A stretch of 64,000 bases of DNA. Source: Psammoneis japonica (lineage: Eukaryota). Made by a program: the position numbers and the translations under genes. The notes beneath the pieces were generated by a model. The model searched no databases and was not told the DNA's origin. It saw nothing but the letters and a program-made list of their open reading frames with translations. This document shows, in pieces, positions 1 through 11,924 of the stretch. Position 1 is the first letter of the stretch. Each line of letters opens with the position of its first letter. Location: contig QPGO01000101.1 in the NCBI GenBank assembly GCA_008632985.1, positions 124,001-188,000 on the forward strand. Direction: 5' to 3'.

Positions 1-840
1 CCGAGTTGCAAGTTGGTTTTTGAGGTTTTCAAAAAGTTGGAGGGAAGAGACAGCACCACTGTTGCTGAGCTGGCTGAGTTCAAACCTGGTGACTTTGGTG
101 CAAAAGATGCATTTTTGACCTCATCCATGATTTCTCACATGCAGAGTCAGCGCTGGCTGTGCAGCAGCACACAGGCTGAATGCCCATTGCAAAATGGTGC
201 AAACAAGTGTTTTGTCTCAACCTCCAAACAGCAGCTGTGGTGCACAAAATCTTCAAGATTTTGGGCAAAGCCAACCATTGTGCATTGCAACATGTGCTTT
301 TCAGTGAAAAACATTTGAGCCAACACAGATTGTGCCTGGCACAGATTTGAGGGATTGTTTTGATTTTGTGTGGGGGACAAATCCAGCTCAAGACATTCCT
401 TTGGTCAAGATGGACTCACAAGCCCCAGCTTGTTGTCGACCCACTGCTGAAATTGACAAAACCTCCACAGCAGCTGAAGCACATTCTTCTCCCCTAAGCA
501 GTGCTGCAGCGGCTGTGAGTTTGGGTGCCACAGCTGCTCCAGCCCATGACCAGCTTGGCAACAGCCGGTGTGCCCTCAGCACTTCAGACACAAAAACCTT
601 GTTGGTTGACAGAAAAGACTCTGGGTGAGCAGGCGAACAAAACAGCCACCAACAAAAAGCCAACAACCTTGAGATGCACACCACTGGTCAGATGCACAGC
701 ACAAATCAATAAAGTTGTCATTTTTTGCATCACCGGGTGTGCTCAAATGGGCCGCCCGCCAGATCTTGGCTCCATTGAGCAGCCAGTGCCCGTGGCAACA
801 ACCTCCTGCACATCTTAGAAGATTGTGACTTGCTTCTCAT

Positions 841-1162
841 GAAGAGAGAGAGACAGAGAGAGAGACAGAGCATGGTGAGTTGATTTGGAAAACTCACCCA
901 ATCGAGCAAACTCGCATGTCCTCCCCCACCACTCGGATCTTTTTAACACAACAACCTCAACCACGTAAACAACAACAGCCAGCCGCTGATGAAGCCACTG
1001 TCTCACTCCTGACTTCGGCCAGCTTTGTTGTGCCTGCCATTTGTCAAAACAGTTGGACAAACATCCGAACTGGCAGCCCTGCCTTGGCTGCTCTTCATTC
1101 TTTGTTTGTCACATTTGACAGAAAATCGGCTTTGCTGATTTTGTCATTTGTTCAAGAGAGAG
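841..1162 (+). repeat. 5' pLTR-like direct repeat of the PLE, flanked by (GA)n
   Basis: Aligns by eye to 4383-4733 (e.g. tgatttggaaaactca, actcggatctttttaacac, gtgcctgccatttgtc, ttgtttgtcacatttgac). Confidence 0.9.
969..1031 (+). ncRNA. Defective hammerhead copy in the 5' pLTR
   Basis: CTGATGA at 986-992 and stems I/III are present, but the GCGAAA segment is deleted relative to the 3' copy. Confidence 0.65.
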
Positions 1163-1175
1163 TTGAAAGACAACA

Positions 1176-2440
1176 ATGGATGCTGCAACCAAGACCAGCA
1201 TCCCCAAATGTGCGCATTTTGATTCAACCACGGCAAATCCTTCTCAGCGGCCAAGGACACCCCTTGCCACCACCACCCAATGCATCAAGGACCATGTTGT
1301 GTCACTCCAACCTGAAACAGCCACCATCCTTGAGAAGCTTGTGCTCCAACACCTTCAACTGCAAGCCAAGGCCCACAACAAGGCCTTTCATGTCAAGAGG
1401 ATGAGAGTGACGACGAGGAGTTCATCCCCTGCTCAGCCAGAATCAATTTCGAATTTCAAATGTCAAAAGCAGCTGAACAGAGCCAGGAGTTCACAGCTCT
1501 GCAGGAGGAAACAAACAACCTCATTGCCAAAACTCAAAACGCGTTCAAAAAGCAAGCCATTGTTGCCACCAAGATCAACACAAAGTCCTTCAAGAAGAAA
1601 TTTTGGAGTTGCACGCAAAAGCCATTTGACTCGCAACAGAAAGCTTCACAGTGGCCAACAGCATCACCACACCTGTCGATGCCGCAGCAGTCACCCTCCT
1701 CAACCGCCACCATGAAACCCCGCTCAAATGCATCAAAGTCCGTGACCACAAAGCCTTCCTTGAGAAGTGCAAGACCGTGAACAATGTTGCAAACTTGCCT
1801 CAACCAATGATTGCCCCTGCTGGCAGACAACCCAGCACGCAGGAAGACAACAGTGCCAGTGAGTCCTTGTTCATGATGCAGCCACAAGCAGCTCCAACCA
1901 CTCCACAGATCTCTGCAGCCCAACAGAAAGTCAAATCCAAGCTTGACAAAATCTTCCTGAGCATTTGACTGCATCTTTGTTTCCCCATGGAACACTCACC
2001 TTGAAGCAAAGAAAAAACATGATGTCAGCCTCCGACTCAAAAAGATGGACAAGGAACATTTTGAGACAGAAGCAACCAAGCAAGCCAATGTGGAAATTGA
2101 CAACAAGCCTGCAGTTGACCCTGCCACCCTGAGAGAACTCACTCGCAAGGAGACAGAGAAAAACACAAAAAAGCTCACTCAGCAGGTGACCTTGCTCTCG
2201 CAGCACATCAAGTCCATGAAGCAACAGCAGCCATCAAACAAACAAAGGGGCCAAACTGCCACTGCCGGCACCTCATCACAAAAAGAAAAAGGCAGAGGTG
2301 CCTCGTTGGGTTGCTTGAGGAAACAACAACCTCAACGCGACTGCGCAGCCGACGATGCAGACAAAGACACTGCCAGCACCACCAAAAACAATCGCCGCTG
2401 CTCCAAATCAAAACATCAATCAACAAAGAACAAGCACTGA
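1176..2440 (+). pseudogene. PLE ORF1-like coiled-coil/basic protein remnant
   Basis: Frameshifted ORF pieces (1460-1780, 1651-1968, 2045-2440) with heptad-like stretches and a basic C-terminus. Lies between the 5' repeat and the RT, as in EN-deficient PLEs. Confidence 0.5.
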
Positions 2441-4380
2441 AGATGATTGCAACCCGAATCCATCAAATGCATGGGTTCATTGCTGATCCTTCCAAATCAC
2501 TCTCACACAATGCCTTCCTGCACCTCAGCAACATGCCTGCTTGGCGCTGCTTTGGCAGACCTTCACATCTTTCTTTTCATGACTGCACATCTGTGCTCCA
2601 ACCACCCAAGAATCTTAAATCCCTCCTTGGTCTTAGCCTCAAGTTCATCCCAACACCTTGCTTCACCAACAATGGCAACTCACTCAAGTTCCAAGAACAT
2701 GCCCTTGGATGCTTCAAGCCAGACCTGGACATGCGCAACTGCTTTGCAAATGCGCCAATTGACAACAATGATGACTGCAACCCAAGAATGCACCTTCAAT
2801 CCAACTGGACTCCACTCCCTTGGAAAAAAACTAAAATTGTTGAATGTTGACACACGACTTTCAAGAAGAGACTTTTTAAAGCTCTTTGCCAAACGCAGAG
2901 GCAGAGCCAACCTGCTCCCTCACCAATGCCGCGCACTTGCCTGCCTGCACCAACAAGATGACTTTGTTGTCACCCAATGCAAAAACCTGGGCCCCATCAT
3001 CATCAAAAAAACTGTGTGCATCAAGATGGCGTTTTGCAACCTGAGTGCCTTCAAAGCCAACGTGCATGAACGCCGCATCAGAAAACTTCCAGCTGAGTGG
3101 ATCAAAGAACACAAAGCTGATCTAACCCTGATGGAATGCAAGCATCTCAAACATCGCATTGAGACCAACAAAACTCTGTTCCCTGTCTTCTGCCTCACTC
3201 TGAAGGTGCACAAGCCCCCACCACTGAAATCCCGACCCATCGTCTCCACAAGCGGCAGTCTGCTCTGCGGCTTGGGCATCTGGGCAGATGACAAGCCACA
3301 AAAAGTCATGCGCAAGCAACCATCTTACTTTGAAAGCTTGTTGGACCTCAAGAATGAACCAGTCCAAATGGCAGCACCACCAAACTGCCTTCTTTTTGCC
3401 TCTGATGCCGAGTCCTGCTGCTCGAACATCCCAACAAACAAAGCCCTTTGAGCAATTGCGGCCTGCCGATGACAACACACGAGAATGAATTCCAAGATGC
3501 ACCAGTGGAAGCCCTCGTTGAAGCCCTCCGCATCATGATGAAACACAGTGTCTTTGCTTTTGGTGACACCTCATGGCTCCAATGCAATGGGCACACCACC
3601 CGCCCAACCACATGCCACGCTCTTTTGTGATTTACACGAAGCCACTCTCCTGGAGGAGTTTGGCACAAACCTTGTTTTCTGCAAACAATTTGTCAACGAC
3701 GTCTTTGGCATTTGGCAAATCACCAAGTCAACCTCCGATGCTGCTTGCTGGAGTGCATTTGCCTCCAGAATGAATGACTGCGACATCAATTGAAACTTCA
3801 TGGACCTCACCATTGCACTCCAAGGCTCCCACCTGCACACCACTCTCCATGAAAAAGAAATGAATTCGCGCCTGTGCATCCCTCCACATTCAGCTCACCC
3901 ACCTGGAGCACTCACCAGCCCAATCATGGGCATGCTCTTCTGCTTCAAGAATCTTTGCTCAGACTCCACCAACGAAAAACAAAGATGAAACTTCTTTGCC
4001 ATCGACTGCTTGCTCGAGGCCACAAGCCCAGCAAGCTCCAACCTGTCTTCCAAAAGGCACACAACCATTTCTTTGGCAATGAAACAACTGTGGACAAGCC
4101 CCCAACCAACCCTCCCATCTTCCCACATGTCCCATGCCGTCCGAATGACCCGCCATCAAGCGAGTTGCAAAAGACATGGAAAGGAACGATGGCCTCTCCA
4201 CCCTGCTCCCAGCCACTTGCCAACATTCGAAATCACAACCAACAACACATTGGCCCAGACTGCATGATTGTTTGCTGCAATTGGTCACGCAACCTTGGCA
4301 ACCTTCTTTCATGCCGCGTCCTTCGCACCTCCAACGGCCCCCCAGTTTCGTCTCACTGGATTGCAAACAGGGTGGCCACT
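2441..4380 (+). pseudogene. PLE reverse transcriptase remnant
   Basis: Motifs as listed for the element. Several frameshifts and stops; catalytic DD changed to ND (GTC AAC GAC) and Tyr positions changed to Cys/His. Confidence 0.85.
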
Positions 4381-4382
4381 GC

Positions 4383-4383
4383 A

Positions 4384-4423
<40 letters not shown>

Positions 4424-4733
4424 ACAGAGCGTGGTGAATTGATTTGGAAAACTCATTTGATCGAGTCTGTCCTCCCCCGCCACTCGGATCTTTTTAACAC
4501 GACAACCTCAACCACGCAAACAACAACAGCCGGCCGCTGATGAAGCCACCGCGAAAGTCTCACACTCCTGACTTCGGCCAACGTTGTTGTGCCTGCCATT
4601 TGTCGAAATAGTTGGATAAATGTCCGAACTAGTGGCCCTGCCTTAGCTTCTCTTTATTCTTTGTTTGTCACATTTGACGGAAAATCGGCTTCGCCGATTT
4701 CATCGTTCGTTCGTTCGAGAGAGAGAGAGAGAG
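4383..4733 (+). repeat. 3' pLTR-like direct repeat of the PLE, flanked by (GA)n
   Basis: Second copy of 841-1162. Less mutated in its 3' half, where it keeps TA and CG. Confidence 0.9.
4520..4590 (+). ncRNA. Type I hammerhead ribozyme in the 3' pLTR
   Basis: Stem I GGCCG (4532-4536)/CGGCC (4575-4579), extended by acaacaac/gttgttgt; core CTGATGA (4537-4543); short stem II; GAAA (4553-4556); stem III GTC/GAC; NUH = CUU at 4572-4574. Confidence 0.8.
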
Positions 4734-4985
4734 CCCTCACACCCCACAAATCCCAACCGTGACCATACCACAGACATGCAACTCGCGCGAACTCATGACA
4801 TTTTCAATCCGCGAACTGTGATCCGCGATTCTCGCTGTTGTCAATCGTGGATGCGCATCACAACAGCAGTTGTAACATCTTCTGTTTCGATGAAAAAGTA
4901 GTTGGGCCGTCTCTCCATTGTTCATTGATTTTGCATGCACAGCATTCGAGACCATCTTGCTTTGAATCATCACATGGCAGAACCA

Positions 4986-5593
4986 TGCAACAAGCACAAT
5001 CTGAAAGGCCGCTGCGCGACGACGACGAAAGCGAAAGCACCGCCACTGGTGCGTGGGCTTCCTTTCTTCGTTTGCATTCTTCTCGAAATAATGACACCCA
5101 ATCACTTTTAGAGAGCAGTGACGATGACGACGATGAAGAAGAAGCCATGGATGAAGAATCGATTTTAGAAAGTAATGTCGACCAAGAAACATCTGCGATT
5201 AATTCATGCCGTATCATGTCAAGAGCTCCAGTCACTGCAGGGTTCGCTCCTGGCGCCTACAGAGTGCATTCTGGAGGACAAGTTTCAAGAGCAAGAGCCG
5301 AAAATGAAGATGACTTGTCATTTACTTCTGAAGCAACAGACACAGAACGTGACAATGGCATTTCCCAACGCACCATGGCTCAACCAGCCACGAGCGACGA
5401 CAACATGCCTCCACTAGTAGAACCACAAGGCTGGCCTCAAGTTGACGACCTCTTGCTCGTCGAAGCTCGAATCGTTCAAGTTAGTGACAGAAAGAATCTG
5501 TCAGGCAAATTTTGTAAATGGCGAGGGGTTTGGAGAAGACCGTTTTGGAGAATTGGGAGACGAAAGCAACGCGCACGACGGAGCCAAGGATAG
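4986..5593 (+). CDS. Hypothetical acidic low-complexity protein with PGAY and LVEA motifs (diatom-type)
   Basis: Single ORF (track 4838-5593, first plausible ATG at 4986) with normal TA content, a poly-Asp/Glu tract and the motif APGAYRV. Confidence 0.6.
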
Positions 5594-6078
5594 AACGACG
5601 ATCAACCCGGACTCACTTTTAAAATATATTTCACAATAAGCAAACCACCATACGGTACGCTGAGTCGTGTGTTACATTTTATCCCTCTGCCAGATTCTTG
5701 CCCCAAAATTGTATCATTCACGACACGACGTATCAATGTAATATAGTAGCCATTTCCAGTTTGCATAGACGCATTTCCTCTTTCACGAAGAAGATATTTC
5801 ACATACGTATCTCAGATACTGCATGCATTCTCAAAACTGTCTCTGCCCACATGCTCTTGGAGCTAAGGACATGACACATTATGTGGATGCTTTCCGTAAT
5901 GATCAACTCGACATGTGCCGTGCTCGAAGGCCGTAAACATTCGAGAGCAAGGCTTCAACACAACACAATGCGATCCGATTTCGATTTGCACAGCAGAATC
6001 AATCACATTGTGTTGCAAAAGATTCAAGATCAATAACAATCGAAGTGCGGCACTAAACCTTGCTGACTATTATCTATA

Positions 6079-6298
6079 CCGGGGATAAGATGTTTCAAAA
6101 TACACAGTTGCGCAACATGTATCTCTTCTCATAGCCTCGTACTCGAGAACCTATCATAAATATTATATGTATGTAGCTAATTTTGTTTCCTAACGCGTGC
6201 ATTGCACAAGATCAATGACTGCCGGGGTGAAGATCTTTCAAAATACACACTTGCGCAACATGAATCTCTTCTCGAACAGCCTCGTTCCCGAGAACCTA
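6079..6298. repeat. ~75-bp imperfect direct repeat (6079-6153 / 6222-6298) at the 3' end of the PAN gene
   Basis: ccgggg..aagat.tttcaaaatacaca.ttgcgcaacatg.atctcttctc...gcctcgt.c.cgagaaccta occurs twice. Confidence 0.8.
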
Positions 6299-7563
6299 CC
6301 ATTTGACGCCACTAAGTATCCCTGGCGACCGACCAAGGACCTCGCCCGAGGGAAAGCCCGGAGGAATTGTATCCTTTATGCAGCAGCCGAAAACGTTGAA
6401 ATTTGGACTCGCATCTGGGTCGACTGCACTGTATCCAGCACATTCCGACATGGCACTGCACATGTCTTGGCAAACGGGATAGGCATCATCGAGCGATCGA
6501 GCAAACTCAAGAGGAATGCAAGGAAGAAAAAGGTCATTGCCGAGTATATCTGTGGAAGGATATGGATGATAATTACCCTGAGGAGATGGGCAAGAAGATG
6601 ACGCAGAAGTTTTATGCCACTCGTCATTCCTTGTTTAGAAGATTCTGACGGAACATTGTCCTTCAAAAAGCAAAGATTGCGGCTACCATCCAATGTGAAC
6701 GATTGACAATCAGGGTGTGCAGCACAAAGGTCCTTGCATTCTTCAACAGCATCGTCAAAAGCCATGTCCAATGGGATTCCAATGAAATCACCTCCAAACA
6801 AGTCCTTCCCTTCGAGCATTGTGAATCCACAGTGCGACAGACCAGGTGGCGTTGGTTGAGGGGTAGGTCGAGGCGTGGGCGAAGGAGTTGGGCGAGGAGT
6901 GGGAGGAGGTGTAGATTGAGGCGTAGGTCGTGGCGTGGGCTGAGGCGTCGAACCAGGAGTGGGAGGAGGCGTCGGTGGAGGAGTCGAACCAGGGAATGGT
7001 GGAGCAGTGGGTTCAGGAGTCGGGCGAAGTGACGGCTGAGGAGTCAAGCCAGCGTTTAGAGAAGGAGTAGGTTCAGGAGTCTGAAGCACTCCGGGATCAG
7101 TTCCTTCGGGAATAGCGCTGCTCTTGGAACCGTCATTATTCCCAAGAACGAGCACCATTGCGATTGTGATTCCCATGGCCACGAGCACCAACAGAACGGC
7201 TCCACCAATCATGTAGATCCTTCGGATGTCCCTTCTACTTGCCATGTCTTCACTCGGAGAGGCGACTGCTAGCACCGGTTGTTCTCGTGAGTCGACTGCT
7301 CTAGCGCTCAACAGTTCCTTCTCCTCCTTGTAGTCTCTCTCTTTGCGATCCATGGCTTCTTCGCGTTTAAAGGCGCTTTCCTCGGTGGCATTCATCCATG
7401 GGACATGGCTTGGAAAGTCTTCCGCTGCATCATCTTGAGATGTCTTGCATTGCTTCACACCATCGACATCCTCCTCCTTGACTGAATCAGTTTGATGATT
7501 CGACGATGCGTGAGTCGCTGGATCCTCAGCACTGGGCGACTTTGCGTCATTGACAGAAGCCAT
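6296..7563 (-). CDS. Single-pass membrane protein with Pro/Thr stalk and two PAN/Apple-like domains
   Basis: TM segment IYMIGGAVLLVLVAMGITIAMVLV; PTPxPT repeats; PAN-1 (DLFGGD..CKDLCAAHPDCQSFT..CFLK). Adding one A to the A4 run at 6610-6613 gives a second PAN (DILGND..CQDMCSAMSECAGYS..CCIK) ending GVKW-TAG at 6296. Confidence 0.8.
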
Positions 7564-9299
7564 TGCTTTTGCGTCACTTTCTTGTTAGTCAGAGCCGATT
7601 GCTTTAATATCGTCGCTACTCGAGTGTTGTTTTCCATACATTGTGTCTTGCTTCTATTGTGCACGTCTACAGTGCCACCACGACTTAGAAAATGAGACGA
7701 GGCAAGAGACGATCGAGTGCGCAACGCCGCACGATTCTCATTCTCGTCCAATAGCAACCGCAGAAAGAATAGGGTTTTCATGATGGAGCGACACGAGGCT
7801 TCTCATCGTCAAAAATAACATGACTGACCATCGCGTTTTTGGTTTTTGATGCTTGCATTTTCAAGCAGCTATTGCTCACCCGCGTTTGCGCGTTGTTGAC
7901 AAGGCCTGTCAATCGTCCGACGACTCGACCATGTCGACTGGATGCGTGATGCCAGTAAACCTTACCAATAACTTATCTCTCCATCCTTTCTCGTCTCCAT
8001 GCTTTCTCTCGTTTTGGGAGCAGTGTTGCGTGCAGAGATTTGGTCATCGAACCAATATCTAAAGGCAGGCTCTTGTGCGTTTAGAATAAGAACGAATGAA
8101 TCACTTTTTTCAGATTCCAGATTCGACGACAGAAAGAGTCTGCGAAAATCTTTCATCTGTTTTCGTTTTTTTTTCGTTCATGATGCACATCCATTTCCCT
8201 TCACGATCAAAAAAAGGGGCAAACATTTTTGTTTTGGCAGTAATGTATTTCCCATACGTTGCCATGTAGCAGAAATGCCTCCATCAAAGATTGTAGGAGT
8301 TGCTCGTCTCGGAAAAAAATCGTTTCCAAACAACTGAGACTCAATCGCACTTTTTTTGTCTACTCGAGCAGCAATAATTACAAGAAAAAGCTTTTGACCG
8401 TCGGTCGTGCATGTGATGTTTCGTCACGATATTTGCCTCTCGGCCACCGTTGTGCCATACACCAAACCGTCTGCTGCTGCTGCTGCCGCATACGTTGAGA
8501 GATTTGCAGGTTGGCAAAAACTGCTTCATCCTTTTAATTCGTCATGCATGCATGCACACTGCTCTGTCTTGACATTCCAATTGACACCCGTCATGACTGT
8601 CGTGGCAAAAACTCCTCTTTTTGCGCCCGCATGAACCTCATTGCCCTTCTTGTTGAGAATTGAGAATGTACGCACGACACGATAATCTCTCGTCCTCCTC
8701 CTCCTCTATGCTTATATTCCATTTCAACAGTTGCACACATGAAACAACACCAACACATACACATATGTCTGTTGCCCTAACAACAGCATTCATTGTACTG
8801 CACTGTACTGCATGCACAACATCGCAAGGCGTCATCGTCAGCATGATGTTGCGGGTCAGACAGAGAAAATGGAATCCGGAATCACGGCATTTCGCCTTTT
8901 CGTCAATTATCTCTTTGACAACATCAATGAGATGCTCGTCATTTCTTGCTTTCTTGGCAGCAGAAAGTTGCCTGTTTGTTCAGCTGGGAGGCAGGACAGT
9001 TTTGCGCATTTTGCCAATGACAATCCCCCCTGCCTCTTTTCACCGTTGGCTTTGGAGAAGCGGCGCTGCCAAGGCTCTCTCTCCTTGGCTGGGTGGGCTT
9101 GCGCGGAGCACTCTCTCAAAGCAGCAAAAGCCAGTGGCTTCAGTTCCATGCTGCCCTCCTCCAAGGACAAGTGGCAGCTGCATGTTTCACAAAATGAAGC
9201 ATGTGCCCCACAGACTGACATGTGATTTTGTCATTCCCCCCACTTTGCCGCGGAGGTGCTCTTTTGCACCCAACAATGCGCGAGATTGACTCGGCCCGC

Positions 9300-9700
9300 C
9301 CCAGCCCACTCCGGCGGAGATGGGACTCACAACATCACACTCACAAGAAATGTGGATGGAAACAAATTCAGTGGCACCACTCTGGTTGAGTTGGGCAATG
9401 TGGAGCAACTGAGCAAGTGGAAAAAAGAGCGGCGGCGGCACGAAGCTTTGTTGCCGTGAAATCGAAGTTGGGCATGCAGCCAACCCAAAAAAACATTGTG
9501 GTTTCATGCCTTTGAATGAAGCCAATTTGCGTGTCAACAACAACTGTCTCATGGGCCAAGTTCCAGAATTGCCCCGTGAATTGAAGGATTTGGTTTTGTT
9601 GTTTTTGGAAAAAAGCCAAGTTGTCGGACCGCTGAGCCCCTCTGTTGAAAACTTGATTTGGAACAGACTCATCTGCAAGAAAACAAGCTGTCAGGTCCCA
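9300..9700 (+). pseudogene. Degenerate leucine-rich-repeat gene fragment
   Basis: GNKFSGTTLVELGNVEQL and LRVNNNCLMGQVPELPRELKDLVLLFLEKSQVVGPL resemble plant-specific-type LRRs (LxxNxLxGxIP). Broken frames and TA-depleted. Confidence 0.45.
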
Positions 9701-11924
9701 TCTCACCCAAATGGAGCTGACCACACAAGTTCAAGCTTGCTTTTTTGCTCTGAAACAAGTTTCAGGGTGCCATGCCTCCCCCAAGGTCTGCGTCAATGTT
9801 GCATGTGGAACAGTCTTTGAGCACTTGAATGATGCCATTGTGGAGGACCGACCCCACCCAGCCCTTGCAAGTGTTGCACCTTGCAGTGTGGTCTCCCTTT
9901 GGCACCACACCTGGGGTGTGTGTCTGCTGACCAACTGTTTGGGCTCTTGTTGTGACAAGAAGTGAAACATGGGAAGGATGAAAACAGCAGAAGGGGATGT
10001 GATGCATGTGTTTTTTGTCATTGACACACAAGGATGAAAGATGTTCCATGCTGACACAGTTGAGTTTCTTTGCAGTGGCAAGCTTTGCAGCAACCTTGTG
10101 AATGATGGAACACAAAGCAAGCATGACAAGCACCAATGAAGCTCACTTGATGTTGAGTCCTTGAAGAATTGAGGTTGCTGATGGCAAGCCTCACAGTGGA
10201 GAGGAATCCTCCTGCCTGATCACCAGATGACCAACAACCAAAAACACCACAACAAAGTGCACCATCTGGGGTTTTCATGATGGAGGACAATGGCAAAAGT
10301 CCAGCACACAAAACAGGCACAGCAGCACATGTTGCATGTTGGAAAGACATGTGACACACACACAATTCTCACATGCTCCTGTGATGGTCTGGTCATGACA
10401 CACTGCACTGATCTGTTAGAAATAAACATGCAACAAAGTGCAGGATGAGTTGAATTCTTGATGCTGAAGCATTTGAAGTGGCTGCCTTGTTGGTGAAGCA
10501 CTCCCTCACCAAGTTTCATGTGCCTTGGCCACAGCAGCATCTGTTGCAGCCCATCTGCTGCTCAAGTTGGTCCAATCTCATGGCATTGAAGCACTTGTGC
10601 CACTGCTCCCTTGCTGCAACCTTTTGGCAATGAGACCTTCTCACTGCCAGGGCCAGACCAAGAACTTGTGCTGAGCAAGTGCTGCCAGCAGGCTTTGTGC
10701 TTGCATTCTTGCAAGCATGCTTGGCACTTTCCCTGAGCTGCAGTGCAGCCAGCTTCTCAGCAACAAAGGTGGCTGGAGATGGTCAGGATTGACTGCTTGC
10801 AGCAAGAACATGACATGCTGGTGGAGTGCATCAGAGCCATGAAGAGCCTGTCTCTTGAGGTGCTGACACAACCCCAGCAACATCAGAGTGCACGATGTCG
10901 CAACATCTGCACACATGACAAAAATGCATTGCCACATTATAAAATCTGCTTGTCCACACATGATGGTTTTTGTCATTTAGTTGGTCATTGATCTCCTGCT
11001 GTTCTTCATGTTTGAACACAGGTGCTTTTTAATTTTTGTGCTCAGCCTTTTTCACATCTGCTGACGATCTTTAACGACAAGCCAAACATTGCAATTGCAT
11101 GCAATGAAATTTTCATCATGCAAAGTGTGCACCAATTGTTCAATCAATGACTGTGCTCCAATTGGCCTGTTCGTCCGCATCGTCCTCTTCATTCCACATG
11201 TCTTGTCCGCTCTCTTGCAAGAATTTCAAATGCACACGCCGCTGCTGCGTTGGATGTTTCCTCGTCACCGTTCCAAAAAAGCCACACTGCATTTCTTGCA
11301 TTTGGGTGAACATCACGAGAGCAAGAGGTCCCTCGAAATGCAGAATCGCATCGCTGCTCCCCTCTTGACGTCATGTCGTCTGCTTCTTTTTCTCTTTCTT
11401 CATTTTTCCCGTCCTGTTTTTCTCTTCCTTCTTCGTCTTGGCGCCGCCTGTTTTCACCGTCTCCGGCGTCTTTCCATCCAAATCCTTCTTTTTCATTGAT
11501 CCCGTCGCCGTCACCTTCATCGTGTGTCACTTTGTTTTGGATCCATGTTTCTGACTTCTCTCCATGCCATCCCCATTTCCGAATGTTTCTTTGTGATTGT
11601 TCGCGTGCGTCACTTGAAGGCACCCACGTGTTCTTCACGCACCTTGACGTGCATGTAGAAATCCATGTTGTTTTCCAGTGCATGCACCCTTTCTCCTGAT
11701 GCTGTTCCACACAATGTTTTCTTCCATCAATTCTGCACTCCACACTGCCCTTTTCCGGCACAATCTCACGCAGGATTTCTCTGAGAGAAGTTGCGTGCGC
11801 GTCTGGCAGGTTTTTGTGTGTGAAACTCCAAATCCTGCCAGGCGCGCATGCAACTTCTCCCACGCACCACTCTGGCATGTTTCCACAGAAACCAGAATTT
11901 TGTGACTGATGCACAACCAATCTG

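Larger units (their letters stand above)
841..4733 (+). mobile_element. Penelope-like retroelement (PLE), endonuclease-deficient type, degenerate, bounded by direct repeats (pLTRs)
   Basis: RT remnants at 2441-4380 (KVHK..PLKSRPIVSTSGS; DAESCCSNIP ~ DAxSxYTNI; AMGTPPAQPHATL ~ AMGTPPAPxYA; FCKQFVNDVFGIW ~ YxRxxDD; LCIPPHSAHP ~ YIPPxSxHP; LLARGH). An upstream coiled-coil ORF is present. ~300-bp direct repeats at both ends carry a hammerhead core. No GIY-YIG remnant after the thumb region. Confidence 0.85.

Noticed and set aside
841..4733. LTR retrotransposon (Copia/Gypsy) interpretation of the direct repeats
   Set aside because: No TG..CA termini, PBS, integrase or TSD. The RT motifs (AMG, IPPHSAHP) and the hammerhead indicate a Penelope-like element.
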